DNA from: Enoplolaimus lenunculus
Lineage: Eukaryota
Assembly: GCA_030248215.1 (NCBI GenBank)
Contig: JASANG010000627.1
Span: forward strand, 558,001-601,813
Length of the DNA stretch: 43,813 bases
Direction: 5' to 3'
Both the position numbers and the translations under genes were made by a program. Below the pieces are notes generated by a model. It was not told the origin of the DNA. It did not search any database and was given only the letters and a program-made list of their open reading frames with translations. Below are positions 1 through 12,919 of the stretch, in pieces; within the stretch, counting starts at the first letter, position 1, and each line of letters starts with the position of its first letter.

Positions 1-897
1 GCGCGTTTCGATTGACTTTTGTCACAATTTTCATGAAAGAACTGCCGAAATTTGGCAGAAAATTAGCGTTTTTTACTACTTAATTTCGCCTCACCTCTGG
101 CTCCGGCTCCGTCAAGTTCCCTTGAACTCCGCCTCCGGCTCTGGTATTTTGGACCTCCAGTTGCATCCTCGTTTTAACTTACAGTCAAATAAAAACGTTC
201 AGCCCTGCAAACAGGATTTGTGTGCAACAAGATTTCTAGAGAGGGAAAACGAAAACTCTTCTAACAATTGTCCTCATTGTGTTGAAACAGTTTTGACAAG
301 TGAAAGTGTTTGTAGGGGTGCGGTGCCCGCTAACCCGCTTTTGCCAGTACTTTTTATCATTGTACTGCGCAGTGTACTCAAGTACTTGCTGTTATTAGTG
401 CACTGCAAAGTGTAGTCAATGTAAACGTTCTTATTTTAAATTAGATTAGGGTTCACGTCAACACTTAATGCTTTAGACAAAGGGCGTTCTTCCTTGTTGC
501 TCCGTTTGCAAGCCTATTACGCTTTTAATAGCTTAAATTATTTTGACTACTTCTTAGAACTTTGACGCCGGTTATAATCGGATTGTAGCCCAATGTGATG
601 ATTGTAATTAGCATTTAGGCTATAATCGTATATATATTATAATTAAATTTTAAGCTCTTAGCGTACTAAAATAGAAATTGAGACGCCAATTTGTGCCAGT
701 TACCAAAGCCTAATCACGTGAAATTTGACCTATTTAGCCTAAAGTTTTAAATTTTAATCTAAAAATAGTACGCATTGGAATTTACCTGCAAATAATTAGT
801 AGTATAAAAGGCCAGCGATATTAAATTTTATTGTACATATTTCAAACCTGCATCAGTTTTAATAGTTCAATCAATACAATTTGTTGGAACTATAAGC

Positions 898-3800
898 ATG
901 TCTTATTGCAAGCTAAAGTGCCATACTGGTTGGTATTTTTCAATCAAAACAATTTGTTTACACTATAAGCATGTCTTATTTTAACCTCAAGTGGCATAAT
1001 CGTTAGTATTTCTCTAACGTAATTAATTACCTAATTATTTAATGACTTAATTAATTATTCGACTATGGTTGGTAATAAAGTATATTTATTTTCGCGTGTG
1101 ACTGGTTTACGCATACCCTCTTCAAGGGTACCGTTCGAGTTTCTGAAAAAATGATTTTGCGGCATTGCGGTGTAAGTTGTTTTTATTTATATCCATTCAC
1201 TTGAGATTAGGTGTGGCCCTGAGTTGAGAGAACATTAGGTAACTTTGGAATAATAGATGTGTTTACATATTTGTGATGCACTTAGATGTGAGTTGAATAA
1301 CTGAACAATTTCACGTTATTTGTCAGGCTCTTTTAGTTATCGTCTCCAGTTTATTTATATACAATCTGCAATGGCAGCTGCATAACTTAAACGTTAATAT
1401 ATTTTGCACCCGTCCTTAGTTCTGAGATTTGTTAAAGTTTTCATTGTTTGAAAAATGTAGACTTATATTGCCGAACATCATTAGATTTGGCTTTCTCACA
1501 ACGGAATCTGAATCTGATCGGCCAAATTTTGCTGAATCTGAATCCTCATTCCCTTTTCAAATAAAACATTTTGACTTCTGTACACGCAGTGTCGTAAAAA
1601 TAAACATTTTCAGATAAAAGTTATATGCTGCCAGTCCGAGATGTAACCACAGACGTTCAGTCTGTAAGCAGCAATAATGGTCAGATAGATGAGATGTTGT
1701 TAATTCCAGCATCTTATATGTGAGTTGCTAAATGTTAAATTTCAATTTTTTCAACTAAAAGGCTTACGAATTATGTTTGTTATTAATGACTATTTGAAGT
1801 CCCTTATAACTTGATATATTGTTTTACCAGAACACGTCAGAACCGTTTCTTTTGTCACATTGACAACTTCTAAATAATTATAAGACAATTTTATATATTT
1901 TGTTGTACCTTGCAATATATCACCTATTCTTTTTGTCACACATCGTGATTGTATACATTTTTAATTGGAATCGTTTTACTTTGCTGTTTGCGTTGTATAT
2001 AATTTTAGAACCCATGTAATGAAGCTCGTTTAACTGATCCGAGATTTGCGCAATGCTTGATAGTTTACCAACAAAACAGATCGAGTGGCGCCAACCAGCA
2101 TTTCAAATGTGAAGATCAAATTGGAGCCAACGTTCGATGGCGAAAGTTGCGCATTAATTCTGTCAGAAGGAACAAATATATACGATGTTTTGCGAATTGC
2201 AAGGAATGTATTACTTCGTGGAATTGGCTAAGTAAGTAAAAAAATGTTGTCTTGTGCTAGTTTCATTCTATAAAATGTTTGATACTCTGTGTTATTTGGT
2301 TAGGTTTAAGTGTTGACCTTTTCTACATTGACGTCGCTGTTGCTTGTGTTTGTTAGCGCTTCCCTCAATACTGCAAGCAGTACAAACTAAGTATTGTGCA
2401 GAATACGATATGAATAATTTAACTGTAGTACCTGATGTTTTGTTCAATTCAAAATTTTAACTTCTTCGTTTGATTTCCAAACCTTTCGTTCTAGTTTTGC
2501 GCCGACAGAACTTAGTTACCACATCAAAGACAAACGAGCGAGCGTTTTAGTGACAATGTATTTACCAATTTTCGACAGCTTGTTGATCGATATGGTTTTG
2601 ATTTTGAAGTTATTGTGGTAATTTTACTTCAATAAAATCATCAAAAATACATTATTCTAAAAATTAAAATGTTTGCTATTCTAGTCGACACACTCATGAG
2701 CAGCAAGCCTGCTAATGTTTCATCTTTTCAATAGGAATGTAAATCAATGCATTGGTTCATTTCTAACACAGATATTTATACAGATAGTATAAAGTACAAA
2801 ATAGTAAGCTCACTTTATAAAAATCCTTATTTCACACTACAATATTATCCTGTAAAATGTGGTCAATTGCGTTTTCGTCGTATTAAAATTATTTTTAAGC
2901 AGGCTGATTTCGGTCCAAGCAGCGTTGCTAGTGGTAAAAATGATGTAGCTACGGCTGATGATGGTGCTTGACCAAATGATGATGATAAATAAGACACAAA
3001 AGTTTCATTTAACCCGCGCACCGTCTAGGATCACTGTTTATAACGCATCTTTAGTTACTAAACAGCCAAAATTGAAATATCTTTAGAAGTTACGCTACGC
3101 TAAGGAATTAATGCAGTGGGTTACTGCACCGACTGCAACCTTACCTTCAGTACAAGTTTATGGACGTATTTTACACTCACCAACTACTGGTTTATCCCTA
3201 AAACTATGGGGACGAGTTTACAAAGTCAACAAGTCAACGACTGTCACAACATTTTGGACTACTTTGTCGAAATTGGAGATCACAAAAACGTGAGAATTTT
3301 TATTTAATTTCTGTCAATTTATTTTAGTACAACAGCCTCTAATGTCAGCGTACGTGCTGCCCGTTTCCGAACTTCAAGCCCTATAGCTTTTCCGACGTCC
3401 AGTCAGGTGCTATCAACATCAGTGATATCGAGTTTGATAATATCGGGATCCATTATTAAAACGTAATTGTCAATATTTTACAGTGGAAAAATTTGCAAAA
3501 TTGGTATAATTGCTTCTATTTTGTGTACTCTAGTGCTGCGGTGTATTTCAGTGTGGTGTATAGTGTGTGTTTTCTAATTATTTTGTTTGCTTTATTTTTG
3601 CTATCTATGTAGTAGCTTTATTTATAACTAATTATATGATCATCTTGGTTTGCATGTTTACGTTTGCATAACTGCTCTTGTATCTATTGACTAGCCTATT
3701 ACACACACTGGGAGGGTTGAGGCATCAAGTTCTGTAAACGACGCCATAAAGGCAACACAGTTATTGTTTCACATTTAGGTCTACAACAGTTGGTGGCAGC

Positions 3801-4832
3801 GCTACTACAGCAGCGACGGCACCAACAGTTGCGCCTGTTTTGTCTTCATCGCCACGTATACCAGTAACTGTCCATAATGATACGAGCAGCGCAGAATGTT
3901 CGCGAGTAGATGTGTAAGTCTAGGGTTGAAAACAGTCTTAGCTAGTCCTTAGTGAAAACTAATTTAGCAACGCAGTCAATATTTATGGCACAATGGTTCA
4001 CTATCTATATCCCCTTATTAAAACTTGCTTTAGACAGTGACGGTTTCATTGTTTAATACATGTTTGTTGATTTATGCATGCAACTATGAATTTACGCCTA
4101 TTAATGCACTACCTCGTGTGGTTAATTCAAATTTGTTGATTAGGATATTTTTTCGTTGTAGCGGAGCAATATCAGGTGGTGTCGCGAGCGATTTTGCTGC
4201 AGGAGCAATATTTGCAATCGGAGCAGCGTAAGATACATTTCTGCGCAGGATTTTATTTATTTGTACTTTAAATGTACCCTAAATTCCGTGTGTTTGCCTG
4301 TGTGTGTGAGTGTGTGTGAGTGTGTGCCTATTTAGGAATGTGTATACTTGCATGTTTAGAAAATAATTGCTAAAAAACTCACGTTGGCTACATGCTGCAA
4401 AACAATCAATTCGAAAGGTCTACAGTCTGAAGTCGAGTCGATACTTGTCTATACCCATTTGGCGCGCATGAGTATTAGCGTGCAAACACTTTGCCAGATA
4501 AATCGATCCGTTACTGCCTTTTGTTGTAAACGGGTTTTGTTTAGTTGTTATGCTTTTTCGACGCTCCGACCACTATGATTTTTTGTTTCAGATACCTCGG
4601 ACATAATTGAAGAAAACGACGTCAATTGCAACGAAGACTAGTCCAGCCACTGCCGAATCCTGATGTTGAAATGTTAGTTTTTAGTTCCTCCGGTAATGTA
4701 CCAGCTGAAAATACTTACGAAACGCCAGCAAGGACACCGACTACACTAACTTTTCGTCTTCAGTGGATAGTTTGCCAAATCCTTACAGGACAACTACCAA
4801 TCAGACCCATCAAAGATGAAAAAGTCAGTTAA
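898..4832 (+). pseudogene. Degraded multi-exon type I membrane protein gene (possible C-type-lectin-like repeats, S/T stalk, TM, tail)
   Basis: TATAAAAG at about 823. Exon-like pieces with splice signals: about 2010-2230 (EPTFDGESCALI...YYFVELA), about 3090-3289 (DCHNILDYFVEIG then gtgag), about 3780-3913 (T/A-rich stalk), about 4161-4228 (GAISGGVASDFAAGAIFAIGAA then gtaag), about 4591-4832 (ENTYETPAR). Multiple stops and frameshifts. Confidence 0.4.
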
Positions 4833-5000
4833 ATTTTAAACGAAGCATTCTGATATCAGCCAACACTTAAATTCGATGCATATGAATATATTTATTCACT
4901 CAAACAAATAATTTTTGTCTTCTGGTTGAATTGTAGTGTAGTTCTGTTTTACCCCTTGCTTGCTTTTCCCTTCGTACATTTGTTCGAGATTGTGCTGACA

Positions 5001-5231
5001 CCATGGATCGACCAGATATCCGGTTGCGGTTTAATATCCGGCAAAAAGCGACATCCGTATCCGGTATATATACCTACCAGATACCGGATATTTGCGGTTG
5101 TGGTTCCAAATATATACCTGCTTTTTATATGTCGGAATACTAGATATTTTGCAGCGACTGCAATTTCGGACAAGTTACCATCCGGTTCCGGTTCCGGTAT
5201 CCGGTAAAATTAATATCCGGTTGATCTCTAG
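5001..5231. mobile_element. MITE with ATCCGG repeats
   Basis: GGATCGACCAGATAT ... ATATCCGGTTGATCTC inverted ends and many ATCCGG units. Confidence 0.6.
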
Positions 5232-8039
5232 CTGGGACTGTGTAAAATTCCAATTTTTAGGGCAGTAATTGAAGATAACGTTATAAAATGCTGCGCCGCC
5301 TGTCGCAAATCATCTGGGTGAACCCAAAAATGATGGTTTAGAGAGTGGAGGGTTTGAAAACGTGGCTACAGCGTTCCCAAATGACGATGTTGATTTTACT
5401 GGTTATGAGAAGCGCCCCAATTGTAAGCTTGATGTTGACGCCGCAGGACAGCAGCATAATGATTCTGCGGACGAAATTATTGAAATTCGGTGCGAAAATT
5501 GCGGTTTTGTTTTAATCTCGAACAATTTCCTGATTAATTAATTTGTTTTAGTTGCACAGTTCGTTCATTTTTTTAAATCAGTCCATGTTAGTTTATTTTG
5601 TCAAATTAGTTGAAAACGGTGTAGCTGATTTTTTCAACCAGCAGTAGCTATCAAAACTAGTTCTTTATGGTGCCATTTATGTTTAATTCGAGAAAGTTCG
5701 CGTTTGATTTATGCTCATTTGTATGCGTTCTTGCTGAAGAGAACGGTACAACACCATGCTCTATTTTACTGAATTAATGTTTCTGCGTAGAAAATTAATA
5801 ACGCTTACCTTTCGCCTGATCCGATGAAAGCTCTTCAGAAAGTCTTTATAAAGACAACTGTAAAAGTAGGCAAACTTTTCTGAGCAAAACTACAATTGCG
5901 AATGCAAGCAAACTGCTTATGGACAAAATTTAGCTGCCTCTTAAGGCATGGGTCGTAAACATATTCTACCATAATCTTGTTATTATTAGCAATGACCTGG
6001 TAATTTTCGAGCTGCAAGCCCTAGATTTCGCTAACTGTGCACTGTCGTAACTGGTACCGGCAGCCGTGAATTTGTGGAATCAGGAGTCACGCGAACATAA
6101 TTTGTACTTTTCATTTAAATTTATTTAACGCTTTTAGCTCAGCAGAGCACGTTTGTACCAGCTTCCGCAGGTCACGGCTTTTTAATCGTATTAAATTATT
6201 AAGTCATTGCTAAAAACAACATCCTCGCCGTTGCCTATAAATCACGATACTTTCAAGGAACCCAGCCTTGTACGTCACCTTCAAAACGTTCGTGTTGAAC
6301 ATTTTCCACCTTTGTCTCTTTATTGTTAGCAAACTCCTAATAAATTTGATAAGGTTTTATATTAAAATATAAATAGTTTCGAACTATGAACCTTGATCTG
6401 CCGTCATTGTTTTGTTGTAATTGGTACCTAAAGGGAAAGCTGGTTTATTTGAAAGTCACGAGGACGACCTATGGACTCTTGCTTTGCTAACAATACCAAC
6501 ACCATCCTTTGTCTCTGCTGTATATAAACGGATGTATCTTGGTCAGGAAATCATTTGTCTGTGTTATATCATCCTATGCTCTGCTCGTTTTGTCATCGGG
6601 AAATTCGACATTTTACTATAAACAAGCAATTTTGTTGGCGTTTGCGTTTCAAGATTTCACGTACTGACATACTTTATACATCGGTAATATGGCGGTAGTC
6701 TTGTTCAATACGGCGCACATCGGAGAAGGGTTATTCGCCACAACAGAGGTGACGGTCCGGTTCCAGTACTCGGAACAAAAATATCATTTCACCTTTCCAC
6801 CAAATGTTTGACGAGATCAATTAAACCGTCGCAAGGAAATCACTCTGAAGTAAGTCGTATTGTATGTTTTAGAATGCTATCGCTACAATAATACACTCGA
6901 TACTTCAAAGACTAAATCATATGTTCTTTCGTTCTATTTCCTCTCTTCGAATGAACGGTACTTATAACATTGCAAGTAACGGATTTTGACGTGCAGCAGA
7001 TGCCTTGGTCTGGATATTTGACCATTTGCCTGAACCCTTAGTGTCCAATAAGGGTAAAGATCAGTTAACTTTTATCAAAATGGTTTCTCGTCGCACTGGA
7101 TACATCAACTTAGTCATCAAGGACTTAGCAGATGCAGGTTTCCGTCATTCGTTTTCACGGAACAACACTTTCTTAGCGACTACTGCAATTACCAATATGG
7201 TAGGCCTATGAATGAAAGGAAATTTTGTACTGAGTACCGATGCAGTTTGCTTATGCATCACATGGCCGACTGGATTAGTAGCTCATGGTACTCGGAGAAA
7301 ATGAATTGATTTTTTATAAGCGTATGAACATTGATGCAGATAAAGTATGAGTACAAATAATTATTTTTTCAATACTTGCAATAGTATATAAGCTGATGAT
7401 TGATTTTTGAATCAAAATAAAACAAAAAAATGATTGAAAAGATTTATGTTTACCTCGAATCTGAAATTACAGATTCAGTAGTTGAGTGTTATCTGTCAAA
7501 TGTTCTTGATTTTGGACAAAATCAGATTGAAGTTGGTTTGACTAAAATTGTTATTATACGTCCTATCTTTAATATCACCTTTTCACTAGCTATTAATCGC
7601 CGGATACTAAAACATTTCACAATATAATCATACCTGCCACGGTATGTTACGATAATCAATGTTTCATTGATTATCTACGATCTAGCATAGCAAAACTAGA
7701 TAAATTTTTTTTTTAAATTAACTATAATGATTTAACTAAAAAGTTATCATTAAACGTAATGGTGGTAGTAAAATTAAAGACATTTCGGTTAGGCTTCAAA
7801 AACTTTTGGGTTTAGATCAAAATTCTATTGAAGGTTCCTTTACAGGGGAACGGGTAATAGATATGTGGCTCTATACCAATTGCGTCTTTTTAGGTTGTGA
7901 TTTTATTGGAGGTCAGGTTGTAGAAGACAACTGTGAAAAACGCTAACGCTGATTCCAAATTTAAGGGTAAAAGAACCGGTCTTATATTACGAACCTTCAA
8001 ATATAAAATTTTTAGACTGCAAGCTGTTGTACTCAAACA

Positions 8040-8122
8040 AGTAGTTAAACACCCCTTTTGGTGGACCACGTTTTTGGGTAAACCAAACGGGGTACGGCAA
8101 AAACGGATTTGGTATACTCATT
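8040..8122 (+). repeat. Left terminal inverted repeat of the Maverick
   Basis: About 83 bp starting AGTAGT, reverse complement of 19630-19711 with scattered mismatches. Confidence 0.88.
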
Positions 8123-8368
8123 TGAAAATCTATACTTATATTATAAAATGTCTATAGTATCACCAATTTAAGTGAACTGACCAAATCTATCACCCACTGG
8201 CGATAGGTACTACACACAATGCCTTTATTTTTATAAATAAATGTTTTCATCCATTGTCGTCTGTGCTGCTAATCTGGCTTGCATAGCTAGTAAGCATGAC
8301 AGTCACAATATGACTGTTTATTATTTTGTTTTTAAGACAAGGGGTCGGGTGTTTATTTAGGTAAAGAC

Positions 8369-9552
8369 AGGGTGCATGCGGAATTTCTAGTCCAATCCCG
8401 GTTACAATTCCGCTTTAATTATTTTCGATTTTATTTTTTCGATATGTTGCATTAAAATTCGGCATCAGTTATCTAGTAAATTGATTGTAGATTAGCTTTA
8501 CAGAACCACAAAATGACCGCCAGTTTGTTTACAGTTTTTGAGAACGATTGCCAGCCAACCCAACAGACACCAAAATCAATATTTTATGCTTGTTAATAAA
8601 AATTATCCATACAGTCGCAAATTTTTTAGTTCGATTCCGTTTGCGGTATAATCCAGTTCCGATTCCGGTACACTCCAGTTCCGCTTCGCGTGCTGCTGGT
8701 AGAAGTTTTAGGCGTAGGTAAGTTTTGAGCAGTGTTTATAACTGCTGTAGTAATACGGTAACTAGTTAGTGCAGTCAAAGGGACATAGGGGGTAGGCCTG
8801 CGACTCGATTCTAATTACGATCGGTATAATTCAGTCCATTTTGCACCTTTGTTCTATGTGCTGTATGCACGGCACTAGGCGTTTGCCATCTGTTTGCAAC
8901 ATACTTGACTCGTATTGTCAAATGCATTATAACACCTATCACTAGTTAGCGAGATGTTTTCAACTTAAGGAACAACTACAATTGCAGTTTTCAGAATTGG
9001 CTCAGATGTAGAGTATATCAAACGCAATAATGTGCTGAATTTCGAACCTCACTATTTCCTGGGCCCATATTCTCAAATGCATGTAGCACCTATCACCAGT
9101 TAGTTATAGTCTTTCAAACTTACGAACTGGTGCAATTAAAGATCTCAAATTTTGCACAGAAGTAAAGCAAATCTAATACAATAAATGCGCTGATTTTCAA
9201 ACCTCAGCATTGCCTGAGCGGAGATGCCTGCTGACCCATAAGCAAATGCGTCAACACTGCGCTATATGCTTGCTCCTCCAATTGCTTTTGTAATCGACTA
9301 TACGTCGACATGTCTATCCCGATAATACAATATGATAGCTAGTTAGCTACTATAAGAGAAAAAAATGTAAAATCAGTGCCAAGCCTAACCCACAGCGAGC
9401 AAAACGGAACTGGATCTTTACCGGAAACGGGGTCAGAACAGCACATTTATACCGAAATTCTAATCGGAATCGAAATCGGAACTAGGAATTTTGTGCGGGA
9501 CACGTCTTGAATCGGAATTCTAATCAGAATCGGAATTCCGGTTGCACCCTGC
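8369..9552. mobile_element. hAT-like non-autonomous element with an internal diverged tandem duplication (8920-9064, 9074-9219)
   Basis: CAGGGTGCATGCGGAATT ... AATTCCGGTTGCACCCTG, with TTCCGA/ATCGGA subterminal repeats. No clear TSD. Confidence 0.65.
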
Positions 9553-9689
9553 TAACCCAAGGTGCAAAGAACCTAAGCATCGAGATATATACATTTGCAA
9601 TGCGGGTTAATAAACGTGTGATAAGTTGGGTAGGTTGGGGTACGACGGTTTTTAGTTCTGACTTCTCAGCAACTGAAAATGAGGGAAGC

Positions 9690-9757
9690 TCCCAGGAGGT
9701 TTGGAACTCGATCGACTAATTATCAGTCCAGCGCGCTATCCGCCGAGCCACGCCGCC
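9690..9757 (-). mobile_element. tRNA-derived SINE head
   Basis: Minus strand GGCGGCGTGGCTCGGCGGATAGCGCGCTGGACTGATAATTAGTCGATCGAGTTCCAAACC has an A box, an anticodon-like loop and a degenerate B box, but no closing acceptor stem. Confidence 0.55.
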
Positions 9758-10045
9758 TCACAATCAACTGCTGAGTTTTCCAGTTTGTATGCCTTATAAG
9801 AACCTCAACATGATACACATGTATTTTGGTTCTTCCAAGTTTTACTGCTGCTGCTGCTGCATATAAAAGCACTACTCATGCAGCAGTGATTTTTACCGAT
9901 GTGCAGCATGAGGTTATTACTTGCCTCCATGCATCCGCATGTCACATACCCCAGATACTGTTATATCTCTGGCGTGTTTGTGTTTGGCAGAATTAATTTA
10001 AATGAGATGTTCTCATAAAATTATAAACGTTTATAACGGTTAGAG

Positions 10046-10364
10046 CAGGGTGGCACCAAATCCACCATTTGACCGAATCCGAATCCTGCATGTTGCAAAT
10101 TTCAGATATATCTATAATTTGTTCCAGAATATCAACGCAATGCCAGTCGTATAACTTAATTATTTTGTCCCGACGTCAGTTCTGAGGTTTCTCATTTGAA
10201 ATAAAAAATATTGATTTTTATAGCAAGGCATTTAAAAATTTTATTGCTTAAAAATGAAAAAACATATTGCCGAACTTTGTTGGATTCGGCTTTTCCACAA
10301 CCGAATCCGAATCCGAACCTCAAATTTTCGCCAAATCCGAATCCGAACCTTTGTTGCCACTCTG
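10046..10364. mobile_element. hAT-like MITE (CAGGGTGGCA TIR)
   Basis: TIRs CAGGGTGGCA/TGCCACTCTG, TSD GGTTAGAG/GATTAGAG (7 of 8), CCGAAT repeats. A related fragment occurs at about 1466-1545. Confidence 0.8.
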
Positions 10365-10562
10365 GATTAGAGTTTAAGTATTCACATTAATGATGTAATG
10401 TATCGCATCCGTTTACTGAAGTACGGTGTACTAGAGTTGTAATCGGCATCGGTTCGGCATCGGCAAAATTTCAAAATAAAAATCGGTATCGGCAAAAATT
10501 TTGGTTTCAGTACATCGCTAATACTATTACAGCATTCGCTGTTTCATATAATGCACCATCCA

Positions 10563-10770
10563 TACGTTGAACTCACGTACATGTTAAATCCCAACACCGA
10601 AATTACCTCAATTTAGAATTGAGCTCTTCCATCGAGTGTGTTATTGCTTGGACAGATCTTAGAAAATTGGTTAAGGTTTGTTGAAGGCGTCACTTTCCTT
10701 TGGATTTGCTCAATTCTAAATTGGGATGATTTTAGCTTGGTGGTTTAACATACGTATTCAGTTCACGATA
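10563..10770. repeat. Small foldback (about 60-bp inverted arms)
   Basis: CAATTTAGAATTGAGC (about 10608-10624) pairs with GCTCAATTCTAAATTG (about 10708-10723), and the arms extend outward imperfectly. Confidence 0.65.
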
Positions 10771-10880
10771 TGTAAAATTTTTACGTATATAAGTTATGTA
10801 CATATGCATGTAGCATTTATGTATATTTACTCTGTCTACGTTGATAGCTAGTCTAATGTACTTGTGAGTTAGGGTTGTTC

Positions 10881-11486
10881 CTAAGTGTGAGGCTTTTGTC
10901 GAAAAGTAAGCTCGACAAAAATTTGTTCGTTGCCGTATTCGATGCTTTCTCCGTTAACATTCACCACTTTGAGACTGAGCTTATTTCCAAATAAAATATT
11001 GCAATCCATAAAACGCACGCTTTGAGGTTCGTAGTACGGCATACTTTCATTATTCTTTACATTAGGTACAACGCATAATACTCTTTCTGAATCGTTCTGA
11101 ATTATTTGGTTTCGAACAAATTTAGCCTCTACAAGTAGGACTCGGTTAAATATGTTGACATCAACCGTTCGGCTGCCGGTTATTGTTCCGGAAATCGAGT
11201 TAGATTCCAGTCCAAGTGCAAGCTGAAGTGGTGGGGACATGTGTTTGATACTAGCACCATCTGCACATGTTATCTCTACACGTTTTCGCATTGAACCATA
11301 TTTTATTTTAATGATATCAGAGTGACCGATAGCTTTATTTATAGCATCGACAAAGCTTTGTGGAGAGTAAAAATAATTAGCAATTGAAACTGCAACCCCC
11401 ATTGATGTAGGTTTTGTAAAATACTGAAACCGTACACTGTTTGCTACTTGGTATTTGTCAAACCCGAAGTCTACAAATGTACTCAA
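10881..11486 (-). CDS. Polinton/Maverick minor capsid protein (penton, single jelly-roll); N-terminus disrupted
   Basis: Intronless 201-aa frame, open upstream to about 11537 with no ATG. It shows the penton pattern FYSPQSFVDAIN...KRVEI...LQLALGL...LLVEAKFVRNQIIQNDSERVLCVVP...LKVVNVNGESIEYGNEQIFVELTFR (family pattern LYVYxDIVxxQIVGDxxxPLLRIVP...DxxGxxIPFxxGxVxVxLHFR). Confidence 0.8.
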   Translation of the reverse strand: MSTFVDFGFDKYQVANSVRFQYFTKPTSMGVAVSIANYFYSPQSFVDAINKAIGHSDIIKIKYGSMRKRVEITCADGASIKHMSPPLQLALGLESNSISGTITGSRTVDVNIFNRVLLVEAKFVRNQIIQNDSERVLCVVPNVKNNESMPYYEPQSVRFMDCNILFGNKLSLKVVNVNGESIEYGNEQIFVELTFRQKPHT

Positions 11487-11927
11487 GTAAACAGCTCTTA
11501 TTCTGCAGTCCTTTATAGAATAGTAAGGGCTAAAAATTTATTAATTTGAACTTAAGTTCCTTAAATACATCTTATTAACATATTGTCTATATAGTTTTGT
11601 GTTGTTTTTGTTGTTATAGGTGTGAGGTTGTGATGTAACTATGTGCGTACTTAATGCATATCTAATGAAGGTTGTTAGCGCTATTTGCGCGCGGGTTGTG
11701 GGTGTTGTTTGGCGTTAGTGCGCAAGTATTATGGCTTACCAAATGCCTGTTGTTCGTTGTATTCGACACGGTGTCATCTGGTCGATCGCGGGTATCGAGC
11801 TTTCCGGTTGCCGTTAGCGGCATGGTGCCTTTTTGCAAAGTGCCTGATTTTGCTCAACAGGTCCATAAAATATTTCTACGTTTTTTTATTCGACAAGTAT
11901 ATATGAACAAATTTACGGCATGCACAA

Positions 11928-12386
11928 TTACAACAGCTCATTTATAGACACAAGTTTATCACCAATACAACGAGTAGTAAAATCTTTGCAGAGTAACCTT
12001 TTAGAGAATGTGAACTGAAATGTTTTGTCAATTAGTGTTGAATACAATTCTGTAGTAAGCTTCGAGCGTCGAATACTGAAATCTTTGAGCACTACTTTCT
12101 GGGCTCGGTCGCTCAACACTGATTTAAATTTGTTTTCCGAGAGTACCTTCAGATTTTCGCTGGTTAACGCAAAACCGTTAATTTTGAAAACATTTCTTGT
12201 CGCTTCGTTATCCTTGACTTTATAATAGTAGCTTTTTGCTCCGATACAGTAAAATTCTGTAATGTATGCATCAGGCGAAAAAGAGTCTTCCAGTTCGTTT
12301 TTGAGATCTGCAAGAAAAATAGACTCTTCAAGTTCTTTGCCATGTTGCTCGCTAGCATAAATTATACTGTCTGTGTCTGTACAAAA
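11928..12386 (-). pseudogene. C-terminal fragment of protein-primed family B DNA polymerase (pPolB)
   Basis: Open frame FCTDTDSIIY...LADLKNEL...ITEFYCIGAKSYYY...FKINGFAL...IRRSK...KTFQFTFSKRLL...TRCIG. It has motif C (DTDS), the EFxxxGxKxY and KxKG-like motifs and the terminal FxKR. It is frameshifted and stopped just upstream of DTDS, and the rest of the gene is absent. Confidence 0.85.
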
Positions 12387-12447
12387 TCAAAAGTTATTGA
12401 AGCGACTCATCAAAGCTACCTTGCATTTTGTCAAAACCGTTAACTAA

Positions 12448-12900
12448 ATGGCTCGTAAGTATTACTTGGTGCACGAAGGCGTTGTGCCTCGAACTCCTGA
12501 AAATGCATCAGAATTTGAAGTAAAAGCTGGTGACATCCTCAGGTCCAATGACAGTTTGTCTGATAAAGCAGCAAAGCTGATTGAAATTGCAAAGCCCTTT
12601 GTTTAAACAAGCAACTCAAATAATTTCAATGATATCCTGAGTCTGTTTCCTAAACAGTATCAAGGAAGGGTTAAAATTTTGCTACATTACTTGAAAAATG
12701 CGTCACCAGATTCAGACGGCAGTTTTAGTGTTAATGGACAAACATTTTCGTCAATTGTTGATTTGGTGCGATATGTTGTCATCCCGTACGACAAAAATGT
12801 GCCTGAGGATGGACCTGAGTTTGTCTCATTTTTGAAAACTTCAAATATACCGCAAACCGTTTTTACAAAAAAAAGAGCAACTACCGCCCCGTTCCAATAA
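12448..12900 (+). pseudogene. Conserved Polinton accessory protein of unknown function, with one in-frame stop
   Basis: MARKYYLVHE...DILRSNDSLSDKAAKL...*(TAA 12604)...ILSLFPKQYQGRVKILLHYL...DGSFSVNGQTFSSIVDLV...PEDGPEFVSFLKTSNIP. It resembles, from memory, a recurrent Polinton ORF pattern (KxxLVP...ILxxLP...LL...GExxxxGxxIxGSNIxDL...PxG...FxxxLxxxNVP). Confidence 0.65.
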
Positions 12901-12919
12901 ACTTAACTGGAAGAAATTA

